Shown in pieces: positions 8,557 through 18,995 of a stretch of 37,402 bases of DNA (position 1 is its first letter; each line of letters begins with the position of its first letter). Under the pieces are notes generated by a model. It worked only from the letters and a program-made list of their open reading frames with translations, did not search any database and was not told the DNA's origin. Origin of the DNA: Polyangiaceae bacterium (GTDB taxonomy: Bacteria > Myxococcota_A > Polyangia > Polyangiales > Polyangiaceae); assembly GCA_036393455.1 (NCBI GenBank), contig DASWGX010000147.1, positions 1-37,402 of the forward strand, read 5' to 3'. The translations under genes were made by a program, and so were the position numbers.

Positions 8557-10790
8557 CGCTTGGGCTTCTTGCGCTTCCTGCGGCGAAGTTTTTCGAGTGT
8601 CGTGCGCGGGCTGCTCAGGGCCGTCAGTGGCTTCGGCGCCAGCCCGAGCAACGGTTCCGCTTCTCGAGCGCGCTCGCGCGCCAACTCCATGAAGCGCTGT
8701 TGGCTGCGCGTCGGCGCGCTGTCGGGGCGCGTGCGCCGGTAGCCGCCGGTAGCCTCGAGCGTCCAGGCCTTCGCGTTGTCGGCGCGCATCGTCCCGAGGA
8801 TCTCGTCGATCACGCGCCGCTTGAGGGTCGCGTCCGTGATCGGGTACATGACCTCCACGCGGCGCCGGAAATTGCGCGGCATCCAGTCGGCGCTCGAGCA
8901 GTACACTTCGTCGTCTCCGCCGTTCACGAAGTGGAAGATGCGCGCATGCTCCAGGAACCGATCGATGATCGCGTGCACGCGAATGTCGTCGCTGACGCCG
9001 GGGACGCCCGGTCGTAGACAGCAGATGCCGCGCACCAACAGGTCCATCGACACGCCCGCCTGGGCGGCGGCGTAGAGCGCCGCGATCACGTCCGCGTCGA
9101 CCAGTGCGTTCATCTTCGCGACGATCCCCGCCGGGCGGCCCGCCCGCGCGTGCTGCGCCTCGCGCGCAATCATCCCCAATATGGCTTCGTGCAACCCGAG
9201 CGGGGAGACGATGAAACGGTTCCACTTTGCCGGAGCGCTGTATCCGGTGAGCAGATTGAAGAGCGACGTGGCGTCCTCGCCGAACTCGTCACGCGCGGTA
9301 AAAAGCGAGAGATCTTCGTACAAGCGAGCGGTTTGCTGGTTGTAGTTGCCGGTGGCGAGGTGCACGTAGCGCCTGAGCCCGGTCGCTTCCTTGCGCACCA
9401 CCAAGAGCACCTTGGCGTGGGTCTTGAACCCCAGAAGGCCGTACATCACGTTGACGCCCGATCGCTCGAGCGCTCGAGCCCATTGGATGTTGCTCTCCTC
9501 GTCGAAGCGCGCCTTGAGCTCGACCACGGCCGTCACCTGCTTGCCGAGCTCGGCGGCGCGTTGCAGCGCGCGCACCAGCGGCGACTCGCCGCCGGTTCGA
9601 TAGAGCGTCTGCTTGATCGCCAGGACCTGCGGATCTTCCGCGGCATGCAGCACGAAGTCGACGACGGCCTCGAACGACTCGTAGGGATGGTGCAGCAGCA
9701 CGTCGTGCTCGCGAATCGTCGCGAAGAAGTCCTCGGCGTCGCGGAGCGGCGGCACGTACTGCGGATTGAACGGCTCGTCGCGCAAGTCGCGCCGCTCGCT
9801 GCTCGAGGTGAGCCGCGTCATGTCGCCGAGAAAGAGCGGCCCGCTGACGCGGAATACGTCCAGGTTCGGATCGATGTCGAGCTCGCGTGAGAGCCACTGA
9901 ATGGAGTCCGCGGGCGCGTCGGAGCTGACCTCGAGGCGCACCGCGTGCCCCCGGTCGCGACGGCGCAGTTCTGCCTGGAGCGTGAGCAACAGATCTTCCG
10001 CTTCGTCCTCGTCGATCTCGATGTCGAAGTTGCGCGTTACCCGGAAAGCATAGTGCTCCGTCACCTTGAGCTGGGGAAAGAGCATGCCGGCGTGGCGGAA
10101 GACCAGGTCCTCCAGCGCCACGAAAACACGCGCCTTTCCTTCGACGGGGACGCGAATCAGGCGCGGCAGCGTGGCCGGGACTTGAACCAGCCCGAAGCTG
10201 GGTTCGTTCGAGCGTTCGCGCTGCCTCTCGAAAAACACGCCGACGGTGATGCTCTTGTTGCGGAGGTGAGGGAACGGGTGTGACGGATCGATCGCGATGG
10301 GAGTGAGTACCGGGTAGATGTCGCGTTCGAAGTGCCGGTCGAGCGCCGCCTTGTCATCCGCCGACAGCTCGTCGGGTTTGACCAGCGCGATGCCCTGCTC
10401 GACCAGCTCCGGCAGCACGTTTTCGCGCCAGATGCGGTACTGCTCGTCGTAGAGCTCGTGAGCCCGCGTGCTGATCTCGCTCAACTGCTGCTCGGGTGAT
10501 TTGCCGTCGGGCGACAGCTCCTCGACGTCGCCGTACTGTTGCGCCTGCAGGCCCGCGACGCGGACCATGAAGAACTCGTCCAGGTTGGTCGAGAAGATGC
10601 CGATGAATTTCAAGCGTTCGAGCAGCGGGACCGTCGCCTGCGCCGCCTCCTCCAGCACGCGCGCGTTGAACTCGAGCCACGACAGCTCTCGGTTGATGAA
10701 GAGCGAAGGGTCGTCGAGGCGCGGAGGCAGGACGCCGAGCGGCGTGTCCTCGGGAACTGTGACCGGTGCAAGACGCTCGATGTCGTTCAT
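8535..10790 (-). CDS. ppk: polyphosphate kinase 1
   Basis: PPK1 hallmarks are present throughout (FINRELSWLEFNARVLEEA, FIGIFSTNLDEFFMVRV, HLATGNYN, SSADWMPRNFRRRVE). I prefer the ATG at 10790 (MNDIERL...). The protein ends in an unusual polybasic tail, RRRKRKKPKRRRRDDD. Confidence 0.95.
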   Translation of the reverse strand: MNDIERLAPVTVPEDTPLGVLPPRLDDPSLFINRELSWLEFNARVLEEAAQATVPLLERLKFIGIFSTNLDEFFMVRVAGLQAQQYGDVEELSPDGKSPEQQLSEISTRAHELYDEQYRIWRENVLPELVEQGIALVKPDELSADDKAALDRHFERDIYPVLTPIAIDPSHPFPHLRNKSITVGVFFERQRERSNEPSFGLVQVPATLPRLIRVPVEGKARVFVALEDLVFRHAGMLFPQLKVTEHYAFRVTRNFDIEIDEDEAEDLLLTLQAELRRRDRGHAVRLEVSSDAPADSIQWLSRELDIDPNLDVFRVSGPLFLGDMTRLTSSSERRDLRDEPFNPQYVPPLRDAEDFFATIREHDVLLHHPYESFEAVVDFVLHAAEDPQVLAIKQTLYRTGGESPLVRALQRAAELGKQVTAVVELKARFDEESNIQWARALERSGVNVMYGLLGFKTHAKVLLVVRKEATGLRRYVHLATGNYNQQTARLYEDLSLFTARDEFGEDATSLFNLLTGYSAPAKWNRFIVSPLGLHEAILGMIAREAQHARAGRPAGIVAKMNALVDADVIAALYAAAQAGVSMDLLVRGICCLRPGVPGVSDDIRVHAIIDRFLEHARIFHFVNGGDDEVYCSSADWMPRNFRRRVEVMYPITDATLKRRVIDEILGTMRADNAKAWTLEATGGYRRTRPDSAPTRSQQRFMELARERAREAEPLLGLAPKPLTALSSPRTTLEKLRRRKRKKPKRRRRDDD

Positions 10791-10930
10791 GATCGAAGGG
10801 GAATCACGCCACACCTTAGCGCCGGAGCCCATTCCGGCAGCCTGCCGGCCGGAGGTCCGGGAAACATTTCACGCGTCCGTCACCGAGGATTCTCTGGGAC
10901 CGCACCGACGGGCGCGGCTAGTCTTGGTCG

Positions 10931-12226
10931 GTGCGGAAACGCCCCGCTTGGCCGGCTCGCTTGGGACTGGGCGTCGCATTGGTCGCGATGGGCTGTGACG
11001 GGCCGCGTGCGACCCTGGAAACGGTGGCCTCGTCCGAGCGGGACGCCGCCTCCGAGCCGCCTCCGCCGCAGGAGATGGATGCCGCGGTTCGCGATGCCAC
11101 GCCGCCTCCCAGCGAGGCCGCGGTGCCGGAGGCCGGCGAGACCGCGCCGGTTCTCGTCGGGCTCGCGCCGTTGTCTCTGACCACGCCGGACCCGACGGCG
11201 ACGGCGGCGGACTCGGTTCAGGCGCACGTCGACGTGATCGCTTCCGGTGCGCGCGCGGTGACCCTGGGCCTGCGTTGGAACGAGCTCGTCGGCGACGACG
11301 GGGCGCCGATCGAACGCGCATGGGACGATCTCGCGCGGGGGGCGGCGCTCTATCGGGACGCGGAGCGGAGTGTGCTCGTGTCCTTGACGATCGTCGATCG
11401 CACGCTCGACGTCCGCCCGCAAGCGCTCGGTGGCTCGTGGGGTGCATCGGAACTCGACGCGTTCGAGTCTCTGGTAGGCGCCGTGTACGAGATCTTCGAC
11501 GGCTCGCTCAGGTACTTGTCCGTCGGACACCGCGTCGATCAATGGCTCGCCGCGGCGTCACGCGCCCGGCGCGAGGAGCTGACCGAGTTCGTGCTCGAGA
11601 GCCTGGAGCGCGCGCGGGGGCATCGCCGCCATCCGCCAGGCGTCGAAGTGGGGGTATCGCTGAGCTTCGAGGGCCTGATGAGCGACGACGTTCCCGAAGT
11701 CGCGGAGCTCGCGGCAGCAAGCGACGCGGTCTTCGTGAGCTACCTGCCTTTCGACGACGCGTCGCGCGCACGCCCCGCCGAGTCGGTATCCGCGGATCTC
11801 GAAGGCTTGCTCGAACGCTTTTCGGGCGCCGACGGCGAGTCCGCTCGGCTCGTACTGGAGCAGATCGGCTATCCGAGCCACTTCGACGTGGACGCTTCTC
11901 CCGAACGCCAGCGCGCGTTCTTCGACGCGCTGTTTCGCACCGTCGCCCAGCGCCGTGAACGCATCCCGTTCATCACCGTCTTTTCGTTCAACGATCTCCC
12001 CAGGGAAGTCTGCGTTGCCACGGCGGTAGCGCAGGGCTTGAGCCCCGGTTCGGGACGCTATTCACGGCTGCGTGACGGCTATTGTTCGCTCGGTCTGCGC
12101 GAGCGCATCGACGCCGACGACGTCGATGCGCCGGAACCCGCTGGCGTTATCGAGCGTCCGCGCTTCGTGGAAAAGCCGGCGTGGCGGCGCGTGCTCGACG
12201 CCTTCGCGACGTTTCAGGCGCCGTGA
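10931..12226 (+). CDS. lipoprotein, possible TIM-barrel glycosidase-like fold
   Basis: The GTG start gives MRKRPAWPARLGLGVALVAMGCDG (lipobox), followed by a Pro/Glu-rich linker. The alternating beta/alpha-like body is about 330 aa. The function call is weak. Confidence 0.75.
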   Translation: MRKRPAWPARLGLGVALVAMGCDGPRATLETVASSERDAASEPPPPQEMDAAVRDATPPPSEAAVPEAGETAPVLVGLAPLSLTTPDPTATAADSVQAHVDVIASGARAVTLGLRWNELVGDDGAPIERAWDDLARGAALYRDAERSVLVSLTIVDRTLDVRPQALGGSWGASELDAFESLVGAVYEIFDGSLRYLSVGHRVDQWLAAASRARREELTEFVLESLERARGHRRHPPGVEVGVSLSFEGLMSDDVPEVAELAAASDAVFVSYLPFDDASRARPAESVSADLEGLLERFSGADGESARLVLEQIGYPSHFDVDASPERQRAFFDALFRTVAQRRERIPFITVFSFNDLPREVCVATAVAQGLSPGSGRYSRLRDGYCSLGLRERIDADDVDAPEPAGVIERPRFVEKPAWRRVLDAFATFQAP

Positions 12227-12270
12227 CTGATTTCTGGTATGCTTGAAAACCGCCAACAAAAGGAAACTGC

Positions 12271-14382
12271 ATGAGCGAGGTCGAATCGAGAACGGATGGT
12301 CCGAGCGCTCCCGGCGTCGCAGACGCCGCAAGCACGATGGTGGCGCGAATTGCACGCATGCAGGATTACGATCGCTACCGCGACCTTTCGTGGGAAGGGT
12401 CGTTCGAGGACTATCTGAGAATCGTACGCGACCGACCCCAGGTGACGCGCAACGCGTTTCAGCGCGCGTATGACATGGTCATCTCCTACGGTACGGAAGA
12501 GTACATCGACAACAAGAAGAAGCTGATCCGTTACAATTTCTTCCGCGACGAAATCGACGACGGCAAGGACGCCGTCTTCGGTCTCGACATTCCGCTGATG
12601 CGGTTGATGAACGTGTTCAAGGCCGCGGCCGAAGGGTACGGTCCCGAGCGGCGCGTCATCTTGCTCCACGGTCCCGTCGGCTCGAGCAAGTCGACCATTG
12701 CGCGTCTGTTGAAAAAGGGTCTCGAGGCCTATTCGCAGACGCCCGAGGGCGCGCTATTCACGTTTCGGTGGGTAAACCTGGCGGACACCGGGCTGGCCAG
12801 CGGGGGGGCCGACATCTTCGATTCCCCCATGCACGAGGAGCCGCTCCGCATCATTCCGCCCGAGTGGCGAGAACGGGTGATCGGCGAGCTCAATCTGTCG
12901 AACGACAAGTTTCGCGTGCGCGTCGAGGGCGACCTCGACCCGGCGAGCCGTTTCATTTTCAAGGGGTTGATGCAGCGCTACCAGGGCGACTGGGCCAAAG
13001 TGGTGGACCAGCACATCCGCGTGCGGAGGCTGTTGCTGAGCGAAAAAGATCGGGTGGGCATCGGCACGTTTCAGCCGAAGGACGAAAAAAATCAGGATTC
13101 CACCGAGCTCACCGGAGACATCAACTACCGGAAGATCGCCGAGTACGGGTCGGACTCGGACCCCCGCGCCTTCAACTTCGACGGTGAGTTCAACATAGCG
13201 AACCGCGGCATCGTGGAGTTCGTGGAAGTGCTCAAGCTCGACGTGGCGTTCTTGTACGACCTCTTGGGGGCGTCGCAAGAGCATCGTATCAAGCCGAAGA
13301 AGTTCGCGCAGACCGACATCGACGAGGTCATCATCGGACACACGAACGAGGCCGAGTACAAGCGCCTGTTGAACAACGAGTTCATGGAGGCGCTACGCGA
13401 TCGCACCATCAAGATCGACATTCCGTACATCACTCGGCTGAGCGACGAGATCCGAATCTACGAGAAAGACTTCAACCACGAGCGGGTCCGCGGCCGGCAC
13501 ATCGCGCCGCACACGCTCGAGGTGGCGGCGATGTGGGCCGCCCTGACTCGCCTGGAAGAGCCGAAGAAGCACAACCTCGAGCTGATTCACAAGCTCAAGC
13601 TCTACGACGGGAAGGTGCTGCCGGGCTACACGCAGGACACGGTCAAGGAGCTCCGGAAGGAGTCCAAGCGCGAGGGCATGGAGGGCATCAGTCCGCGCTA
13701 CGTCCAGGACAAGATTTCCAATGCGCTGGTCAGCGACGTGGGGGAAGGGACGATCAACCCGTTCATGGTGATGAACGAGCTCGAGAAAGGCCTTTCGCAT
13801 CATTCGCTCGTGACCAGCGAGGACCAGCGCAAGCGCTACCGGGACATGATCGGCGTCGTCAAGCGCGAGTACGAAGAGATCGTGAAGAACGAGGTGCAAC
13901 GAGCCATCAGCGCCGACGAAGAGGCGATCGCCAAGCTCGCGGCGAACTACATCGACAACATCAAGGCCTACACGCTCAAGGAACGCGTGAAGAACCGCTA
14001 CACCGGTCAGGACGAAGAACCTGACGAGCGGTTGATGCGCTCGATCGAGGAGAAAATCGATATCCCCGAGAACCGCAAGGACGATTTTCGCCGCGAGATC
14101 ATGAACTTCATCGGCGCCAAGGCAGTCGAGGGCAAACGCTTCGATTGGCAGACCAACGACCGGCTGCGGCGCGCGCTCGAGCTCAAGTTGTTCGAGGATC
14201 AGAAAGACAGCATCAAGCTGAAGACGCTCGTGAGCGCCGTCGTCGACAAGGAAACCCAGGAAAAGATCGACATCATCAAGTCGCGGCTGATGCGCTACTT
14301 CGGCTATAACGAAGTCAGCGCCACCGACGTGCTCAACTACGTGGCGTCGATCTTCGCCCGCGGCGACGCGGCGAGCTCCTGA
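12271..14382 (+). CDS. prkA: PrkA/YeaG family AAA+ serine protein kinase
   Basis: 703-aa ORF with AAAGGAAA 5 nt upstream of the ATG. It has Walker [13 protein letters not shown] and strong end-to-end resemblance to PrkA/YeaG ([34 protein letters not shown]). Confidence 0.95.
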   Translation: MSEVESRTDGPSAPGVADAASTMVARIARMQDYDRYRDLSWEGSFEDYLRIVRDRPQVTRNAFQRAYDMVISYGTEEYIDNKKKLIRYNFFRDEIDDGKDAVFGLDIPLMRLMNVFKAAAEGYGPERRVILLHGPVGSSKSTIARLLKKGLEAYSQTPEGALFTFRWVNLADTGLASGGADIFDSPMHEEPLRIIPPEWRERVIGELNLSNDKFRVRVEGDLDPASRFIFKGLMQRYQGDWAKVVDQHIRVRRLLLSEKDRVGIGTFQPKDEKNQDSTELTGDINYRKIAEYGSDSDPRAFNFDGEFNIANRGIVEFVEVLKLDVAFLYDLLGASQEHRIKPKKFAQTDIDEVIIGHTNEAEYKRLLNNEFMEALRDRTIKIDIPYITRLSDEIRIYEKDFNHERVRGRHIAPHTLEVAAMWAALTRLEEPKKHNLELIHKLKLYDGKVLPGYTQDTVKELRKESKREGMEGISPRYVQDKISNALVSDVGEGTINPFMVMNELEKGLSHHSLVTSEDQRKRYRDMIGVVKREYEEIVKNEVQRAISADEEAIAKLAANYIDNIKAYTLKERVKNRYTGQDEEPDERLMRSIEEKIDIPENRKDDFRREIMNFIGAKAVEGKRFDWQTNDRLRRALELKLFEDQKDSIKLKTLVSAVVDKETQEKIDIIKSRLMRYFGYNEVSATDVLNYVASIFARGDAASS

Positions 14383-14442
14383 AAGCCGGCGTCGCGACGA
14401 GCGCCCGAGGGCGGCGGCGCGGTTTGGCCTGCTCGGCGCTCT

Positions 14443-14865
14443 CTATCGCTCCGGCTTCTTGCTGTCGCGGGTCTCGAGGTCGAGCGCGGCGGAATTGATA
14501 CAGTAGCGTTGACCCGTAGGCGCGGGGCCGTCGCCGAAGACGTGCCCGAGGTGCGCGCCGCAGCTCTTGCACTGGACTTCCGTTCGTCGCATCCCGTGGC
14601 TCGCGTCGTCGAGCTCGTCGATCGCGCTTGCGTCGATCGGCCGGTAGAAGCTCGGCCAGCCGCTGCCCGAGTCGTACTTCGTCTCGGAGTCGAAGAGCGA
14701 CGCTCCGCAACACACGCAACGGTAGGTCCCCGCGTCCTTGCAGTCGTAATACCGGCCCGTGAACGGCCGCTCCGTCGCGCCTTCACGGGTGACACGATAG
14801 GCTTCCTCGCTCAGCTCGGAACGCCATTGCTCGGGGGTTTTCTCTGGCTTCGGGGTCGCCGGCAT
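14443..14865 (-). CDS. msrB: peptide-methionine (R)-S-oxide reductase MsrB
   Basis: 140 aa with two CxxC pairs (CVCCG, CKSCG), plus GWPSF and the catalytic RYCINSAAL. Confidence 0.95.
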   Translation of the reverse strand: MPATPKPEKTPEQWRSELSEEAYRVTREGATERPFTGRYYDCKDAGTYRCVCCGASLFDSETKYDSGSGWPSFYRPIDASAIDELDDASHGMRRTEVQCKSCGAHLGHVFGDGPAPTGQRYCINSAALDLETRDSKKPER

Positions 14866-14913
14866 GGTCGCAGTATGCCAGAGAACGACTCTTCCGGCGC
14901 CCGCGGGCGAACC

Positions 14914-15330
14914 TCAGCGGGACCGACGCGGGACGGCAGCGAACTGCGTGGACGGCACGGGTTCGCGAGCGTCCGCGCGGATGCGCTCGCCGAGCCCGAG
15001 CCACGCCCGTTCGAGCGTCCGCCGCTCTCGGGCCGATAGAGAACCCGGTTCCGCCCGCTCGTTCTCCGCGCCGAAGCGCAACCACGCCTCCGCGCGGCGC
15101 AAGTCGCCGAGCTCCAGGAACGTCAAACCACGGTAGAGGCCGTAGGCGGCGCGCTCCGAGACGGCGGCATCGCGCATCTTCCCTTCCGTTCGCTCGAACA
15201 CTTCTGCGGCTTCCACGTAGTATCCGTCCTCGTACAACGCCGCGCCCCGCTGCACGGAGCCGCCGCACGCCGCGCACAGCGAGCCGACGATGGCGGCGGC
15301 AGCGAGCCCGTGACGTAGAACGTTCCGCAT
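14914..15330 (-). CDS. small TPR-like lipoprotein (paralog of 33349-33918)
   Basis: The N-terminus MRNVLRHGLAAAAIVGSLCAACGG has a lipobox. It lies 49 nt downstream of, and co-oriented with, the WD40 kinase. The sequence aligns with the N-terminal half of the 33349-33918 lipoprotein. Confidence 0.65.
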   Translation of the reverse strand: MRNVLRHGLAAAAIVGSLCAACGGSVQRGAALYEDGYYVEAAEVFERTEGKMRDAAVSERAAYGLYRGLTFLELGDLRRAEAWLRFGAENERAEPGSLSARERRTLERAWLGLGERIRADAREPVPSTQFAAVPRRSR

Positions 15331-15379
15331 TGAAAGGACTCTACCGGGTTTGCGGCCGCCGCGCTAGCTGCCGTAAGGG

Positions 15380-18300
15380 CTAAGGGCGTTCGACTTCTTC
15401 ACGCGTGAGCGCTTGCAGAAAGGGCTGGAGCGCGTGTGGTTTGGGCGGAGCTACGAGGGGCCAGAGTCGGACAGTAGCGTCCGCGCTGGCGGATGCCGCT
15501 ACATCGTGACCCGGCCACAGCGCCACGTCGAACACCGGTGCTCGATGTCCTTCGAGCTCGCGGCGCTCGCCGCTTTCGACGTCCCATACCGAAAGCGAAG
15601 CGTCACCGCTCGCGCTCACCAGCAGGCGGCCGTTCCGGCTGAACTCTACGTCCCACACGAGCGCGCGGTGGCCGCGAAGCTCGCGACAGCGTGCGTTCGA
15701 CTGCGCGGGACAGAGCCAGAGGCGCGGCGCCACGCCCGCGACGGCAAGCGTCTTTTCATCGGGCGAAAGGTGCGCCAGGCGCGCACCGGTCAGTCCGCCG
15801 AGGCGCCCAGCGGGTTCGCCGGCGGAGCTCCAGAATCGAACCGCGTCGTCGCCGCCCGCGGTAACGAAGCCGGAGCCGTCCCTTCGCCACACGATGCTCG
15901 ATATGCGTCTCCGGTGTGCCTGGATTTCGTGCTTCAGCGTCGCGTCGGCGACGGTCCAGAGGCGGAGCGAGCCGCCGCGCGTTCCCGTGGCCAAGACGCT
16001 TCCGTCCGGCGAAAACGCCACGGCTGCCGCATCGTCTTCGTGCGAGAGCTCGACGCTTCGCCCCGAGTCGATTTGCCAGATACGAACCGTGTGATCTTCC
16101 GCCGCCGACGCGAGCAGATCGCCTCCCGGGGAGAACGCGATTTCCTCCACGTCCGCGCGATGGCCGACGAGCTCCCGCGGAGCGCCGTCCGAAAGCGGCC
16201 ACAGGCGTACCGTTTGATCGTCGCTCGACGACGCCAGCAGGCCTCCGTCGGGAGCGAACGCGACGCGATAGACGTGATCACGATGGCCTTCGAGAGTGCG
16301 CGCCGCGGCCGAGGCGAGCTCGACGAGTCTGACTCGATTGTCGTGACCCCCCGAAGCGAGCAAGCTTCCGTCCGGCGAGAAGGCGACGGCATGCACGCCG
16401 ACCTCGTGCCCGCGCAGCACTCGCTCGTGGTCGTTGACCGGGCCGAGCCGCCAGGCGCGCAGCGTCTTGTCCCAGGAACCGCTGACGAGCAGGTTCTCCC
16501 GCGCCGTCAGGTTGGAAACGACGTCGCCGTGCCCGCGCAGCGTCTGCACGATGCCCGTTTCGAGGTCGTGAACGCGCACCATGCGGTCCCAGCCAGCCGA
16601 CGCAAGCCGCCGGCCTGCGTCGAGGAACAACAGCGCGTCGATGCGTTCGGAATGCGGCTCGAGATCGCGGCGCTCGTCGCGGTCGAGGTCGTAAAGCCCG
16701 AGCGCGCCGTCGATGCTGCCCACCGCGAGCCGCCGTCCCACGGCCGCGAACGCGAGCGCCGTCACCGAGCCACGGCTGCCGCGCAGGACACTGCGCGGCG
16801 CGCCGTCGTCGCCGAACAGAGTCACGTTGCCTTGCACGTCGCCAGCCGCGACGACGTCACCTTCGGGAGCGAATGCGGCGACTCGGAGCGGGCCGGTCCG
16901 GCCGCGCAGCATGCGCTCCTTTCCCGAATCGAATGACCACAGCGACAGCGCGCCGCCGTGCCCGCCGCTCAGCAGAGAGCGGCCGTCCGGAGAGAACGTC
17001 ACGAACGCCGCGCGATCGACCGGCAGAGACGCGCACTCGGGCTCGGCCTTGCCAATCTGCCAGACGCAGACGCGCCGGTCATCGGCGATGGAAGCCACGC
17101 GTGTGCTGTCGGGGCTGAACGCGACGTCGCGCACGGGCGCGGCGTGGCGGCCGAGCGGCGTTCGTTCGAAGGTCGCGGTTTCGTAGAGGTAGATCGCGCC
17201 GTCGTAGCCGGCGCTGACGACGAAGCGGCCGTCGCTCGACGCGCGGACGCTAGTGACTTGGTCGGTGTGCGGCTGGAGCGGAGTCGACTGGTTGGTTTCG
17301 CTGTCCCAGAGCAGCACCTGATGATCCGCGCCGGCGGAGAGCACGCGGCGTCCGTCCGCAAGCATGGCGATGCTTCGGACTTCGGCGCGGTGGCGGCGCG
17401 AAATGGCCCAAGCTACGCCGCGGTCCTCGGCCAGCGCAGCAACCGACGCGGCTCCCGGGGTGGGCGAGCCCAGACGTTTGAGCCACGCGACCGCCTGCGT
17501 CGGATCCGTGTCTGAAAGAAAGCGCGCCTTTTCGACGATGAACTGGTCGACGCGGTGTTCGGCCACCTCGCGCGCGTCGTGTTCCGCCGCGGCGCTCGCC
17601 TTGGCTTTGTCCGCGCTCTGGGTAGCCTGGTCGCGTTCTTCGGCGATGCTGATCAAGCTGTACACGCCGAGCAGCAGCAGGATCAGAATCCCCAGGAACC
17701 CCGTCGCCACCGCGGCGCGGTTCCGCTCCGCGAAGCGCCCGGCTTTCTCGAGCAGCGTGTAGCGGTACGCTCGCACCAGGCGTCGCTGGTTGAAACGCCG
17801 GAGCTCCTCGGCGAGCTCCTCGGCGCTCGCGTACCGCCGGGCGGGTTCTCGCTCCATGGCCTTTTCCACGACGGCCACGAGGTCCGCCGGTGCGTCGGGA
17901 GCGCGGCGCGATAGCGGCGTCGGCGCTCCGCGCAGTACGCGTCCGGGGAAGTCGACGTCGCCTTCGTCGACGTACGGCGGATGCCCGCTCAATAGATGGT
18001 AAATCATTGCGCCGATGGCGTAGATGTCGGCGCTCTTGTCGACCGGCTGCCCCGCGGCCTGCTCCGGCGGCATGTACGCCGGGGTTCCGAGCACCGCGCC
18101 GACGAGGGTTTCGAAGCCCGATGCGTGTCGAAGCGGCTCGACGACGACGGGGTCATCGTCGTCGTCGGTTTCCTTCGCCAAGCCCCAGTCGATGACCACG
18201 GTTTCGCCGAAACTGCCGACGAGCACGTTCGCCGGCTTCAGGTCGCGATGAATGACGCCCTGATCGTGCGCGTAGGCGATGGCTTCGGCGACGTCGATCA

Positions 18301-18802
18301 CCCGGGGCAAAAGGGCGAGGCGTTCGGTGGCGGTGTCGCAGTGAGAGATGGCTTCGGAAAGCGATTGCCCTTCGACGAGCCGCATCGCGTAAAAGTCGCG
18401 ACCCCTAGGGGTCCGCCCCGCCTCGTAGACGGGAATGATGTTGGGATGTTGGAGCTTGGCCGTGATGCGGATTTCGCGCGCGAAGCGTTGCAGCGCTCCG
18501 GAATTCCCCGGCTCGATTTGTTTGAGCGCGACCACGCGTTCGAGCCGGAGATCGCGCGCGCGCAGGATGCGGCCGATGCCGCCGCGGGCGACCTCCCCTT
18601 CGAGCCTGTAGTGCGCCGGGGCGTCCGGACCCTCGAGGGCCGAACTCGGCGGGACGTCGGTGGGCCGCGTCGTCGGCAGGCTCGACTGCGAGGCCGTGAT
18701 CGAGTCCGGGTCCGTCGCCGAGCCTGCCTCTTTTCGGGTCTCGTCCTGCCGCGTCGCCTCAGCGCGTGCTCTTGCCCGGTCCGGCTCGCTCGGCGACGCC
18801 AT
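15380..18802 (-). CDS. membrane-anchored Ser/Thr protein kinase with about 16 WD40 repeats
   Basis: Hanks kinase motifs are present (VVALKQ, VIHRDLKPANVLV, DWGLAK, GTPAYMPPEQ). There is one TM helix (GFLGILILLLLGVYSLISIA), then a coiled segment and about 16 repeats of the type H...V..VAFSPDG..LAS...D.TVRLW. I prefer the ATG at 18802 (MASPSEPD...) over the tracked 19003. Confidence 0.9.
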   Translation of the reverse strand: MASPSEPDRARARAEATRQDETRKEAGSATDPDSITASQSSLPTTRPTDVPPSSALEGPDAPAHYRLEGEVARGGIGRILRARDLRLERVVALKQIEPGNSGALQRFAREIRITAKLQHPNIIPVYEAGRTPRGRDFYAMRLVEGQSLSEAISHCDTATERLALLPRVIDVAEAIAYAHDQGVIHRDLKPANVLVGSFGETVVIDWGLAKETDDDDDPVVVEPLRHASGFETLVGAVLGTPAYMPPEQAAGQPVDKSADIYAIGAMIYHLLSGHPPYVDEGDVDFPGRVLRGAPTPLSRRAPDAPADLVAVVEKAMEREPARRYASAEELAEELRRFNQRRLVRAYRYTLLEKAGRFAERNRAAVATGFLGILILLLLGVYSLISIAEERDQATQSADKAKASAAAEHDAREVAEHRVDQFIVEKARFLSDTDPTQAVAWLKRLGSPTPGAASVAALAEDRGVAWAISRRHRAEVRSIAMLADGRRVLSAGADHQVLLWDSETNQSTPLQPHTDQVTSVRASSDGRFVVSAGYDGAIYLYETATFERTPLGRHAAPVRDVAFSPDSTRVASIADDRRVCVWQIGKAEPECASLPVDRAAFVTFSPDGRSLLSGGHGGALSLWSFDSGKERMLRGRTGPLRVAAFAPEGDVVAAGDVQGNVTLFGDDGAPRSVLRGSRGSVTALAFAAVGRRLAVGSIDGALGLYDLDRDERRDLEPHSERIDALLFLDAGRRLASAGWDRMVRVHDLETGIVQTLRGHGDVVSNLTARENLLVSGSWDKTLRAWRLGPVNDHERVLRGHEVGVHAVAFSPDGSLLASGGHDNRVRLVELASAAARTLEGHRDHVYRVAFAPDGGLLASSSDDQTVRLWPLSDGAPRELVGHRADVEEIAFSPGGDLLASAAEDHTVRIWQIDSGRSVELSHEDDAAAVAFSPDGSVLATGTRGGSLRLWTVADATLKHEIQAHRRRISSIVWRRDGSGFVTAGGDDAVRFWSSAGEPAGRLGGLTGARLAHLSPDEKTLAVAGVAPRLWLCPAQSNARCRELRGHRALVWDVEFSRNGRLLVSASGDASLSVWDVESGERRELEGHRAPVFDVALWPGHDVAASASADATVRLWPLVAPPKPHALQPFLQALTREEVERP

Positions 18803-18995
18803 GCATACCCGCTCGGCCCATAGCACGGCGCGAAAGCGCGCCTCCGACGGAGCAGGAGCGCCACGATTGATTTGTGGTGGAAACGGGAATCGCGTAATGG
18901 AGGGGCTGACGCCGTCCCGGCACGTGGAGCCTTTGCACTGCTGTGCCGGGGTGTTGCGGGAAGTTTCAGGCAGGAGTCGTGGGCTATTTGCAATC

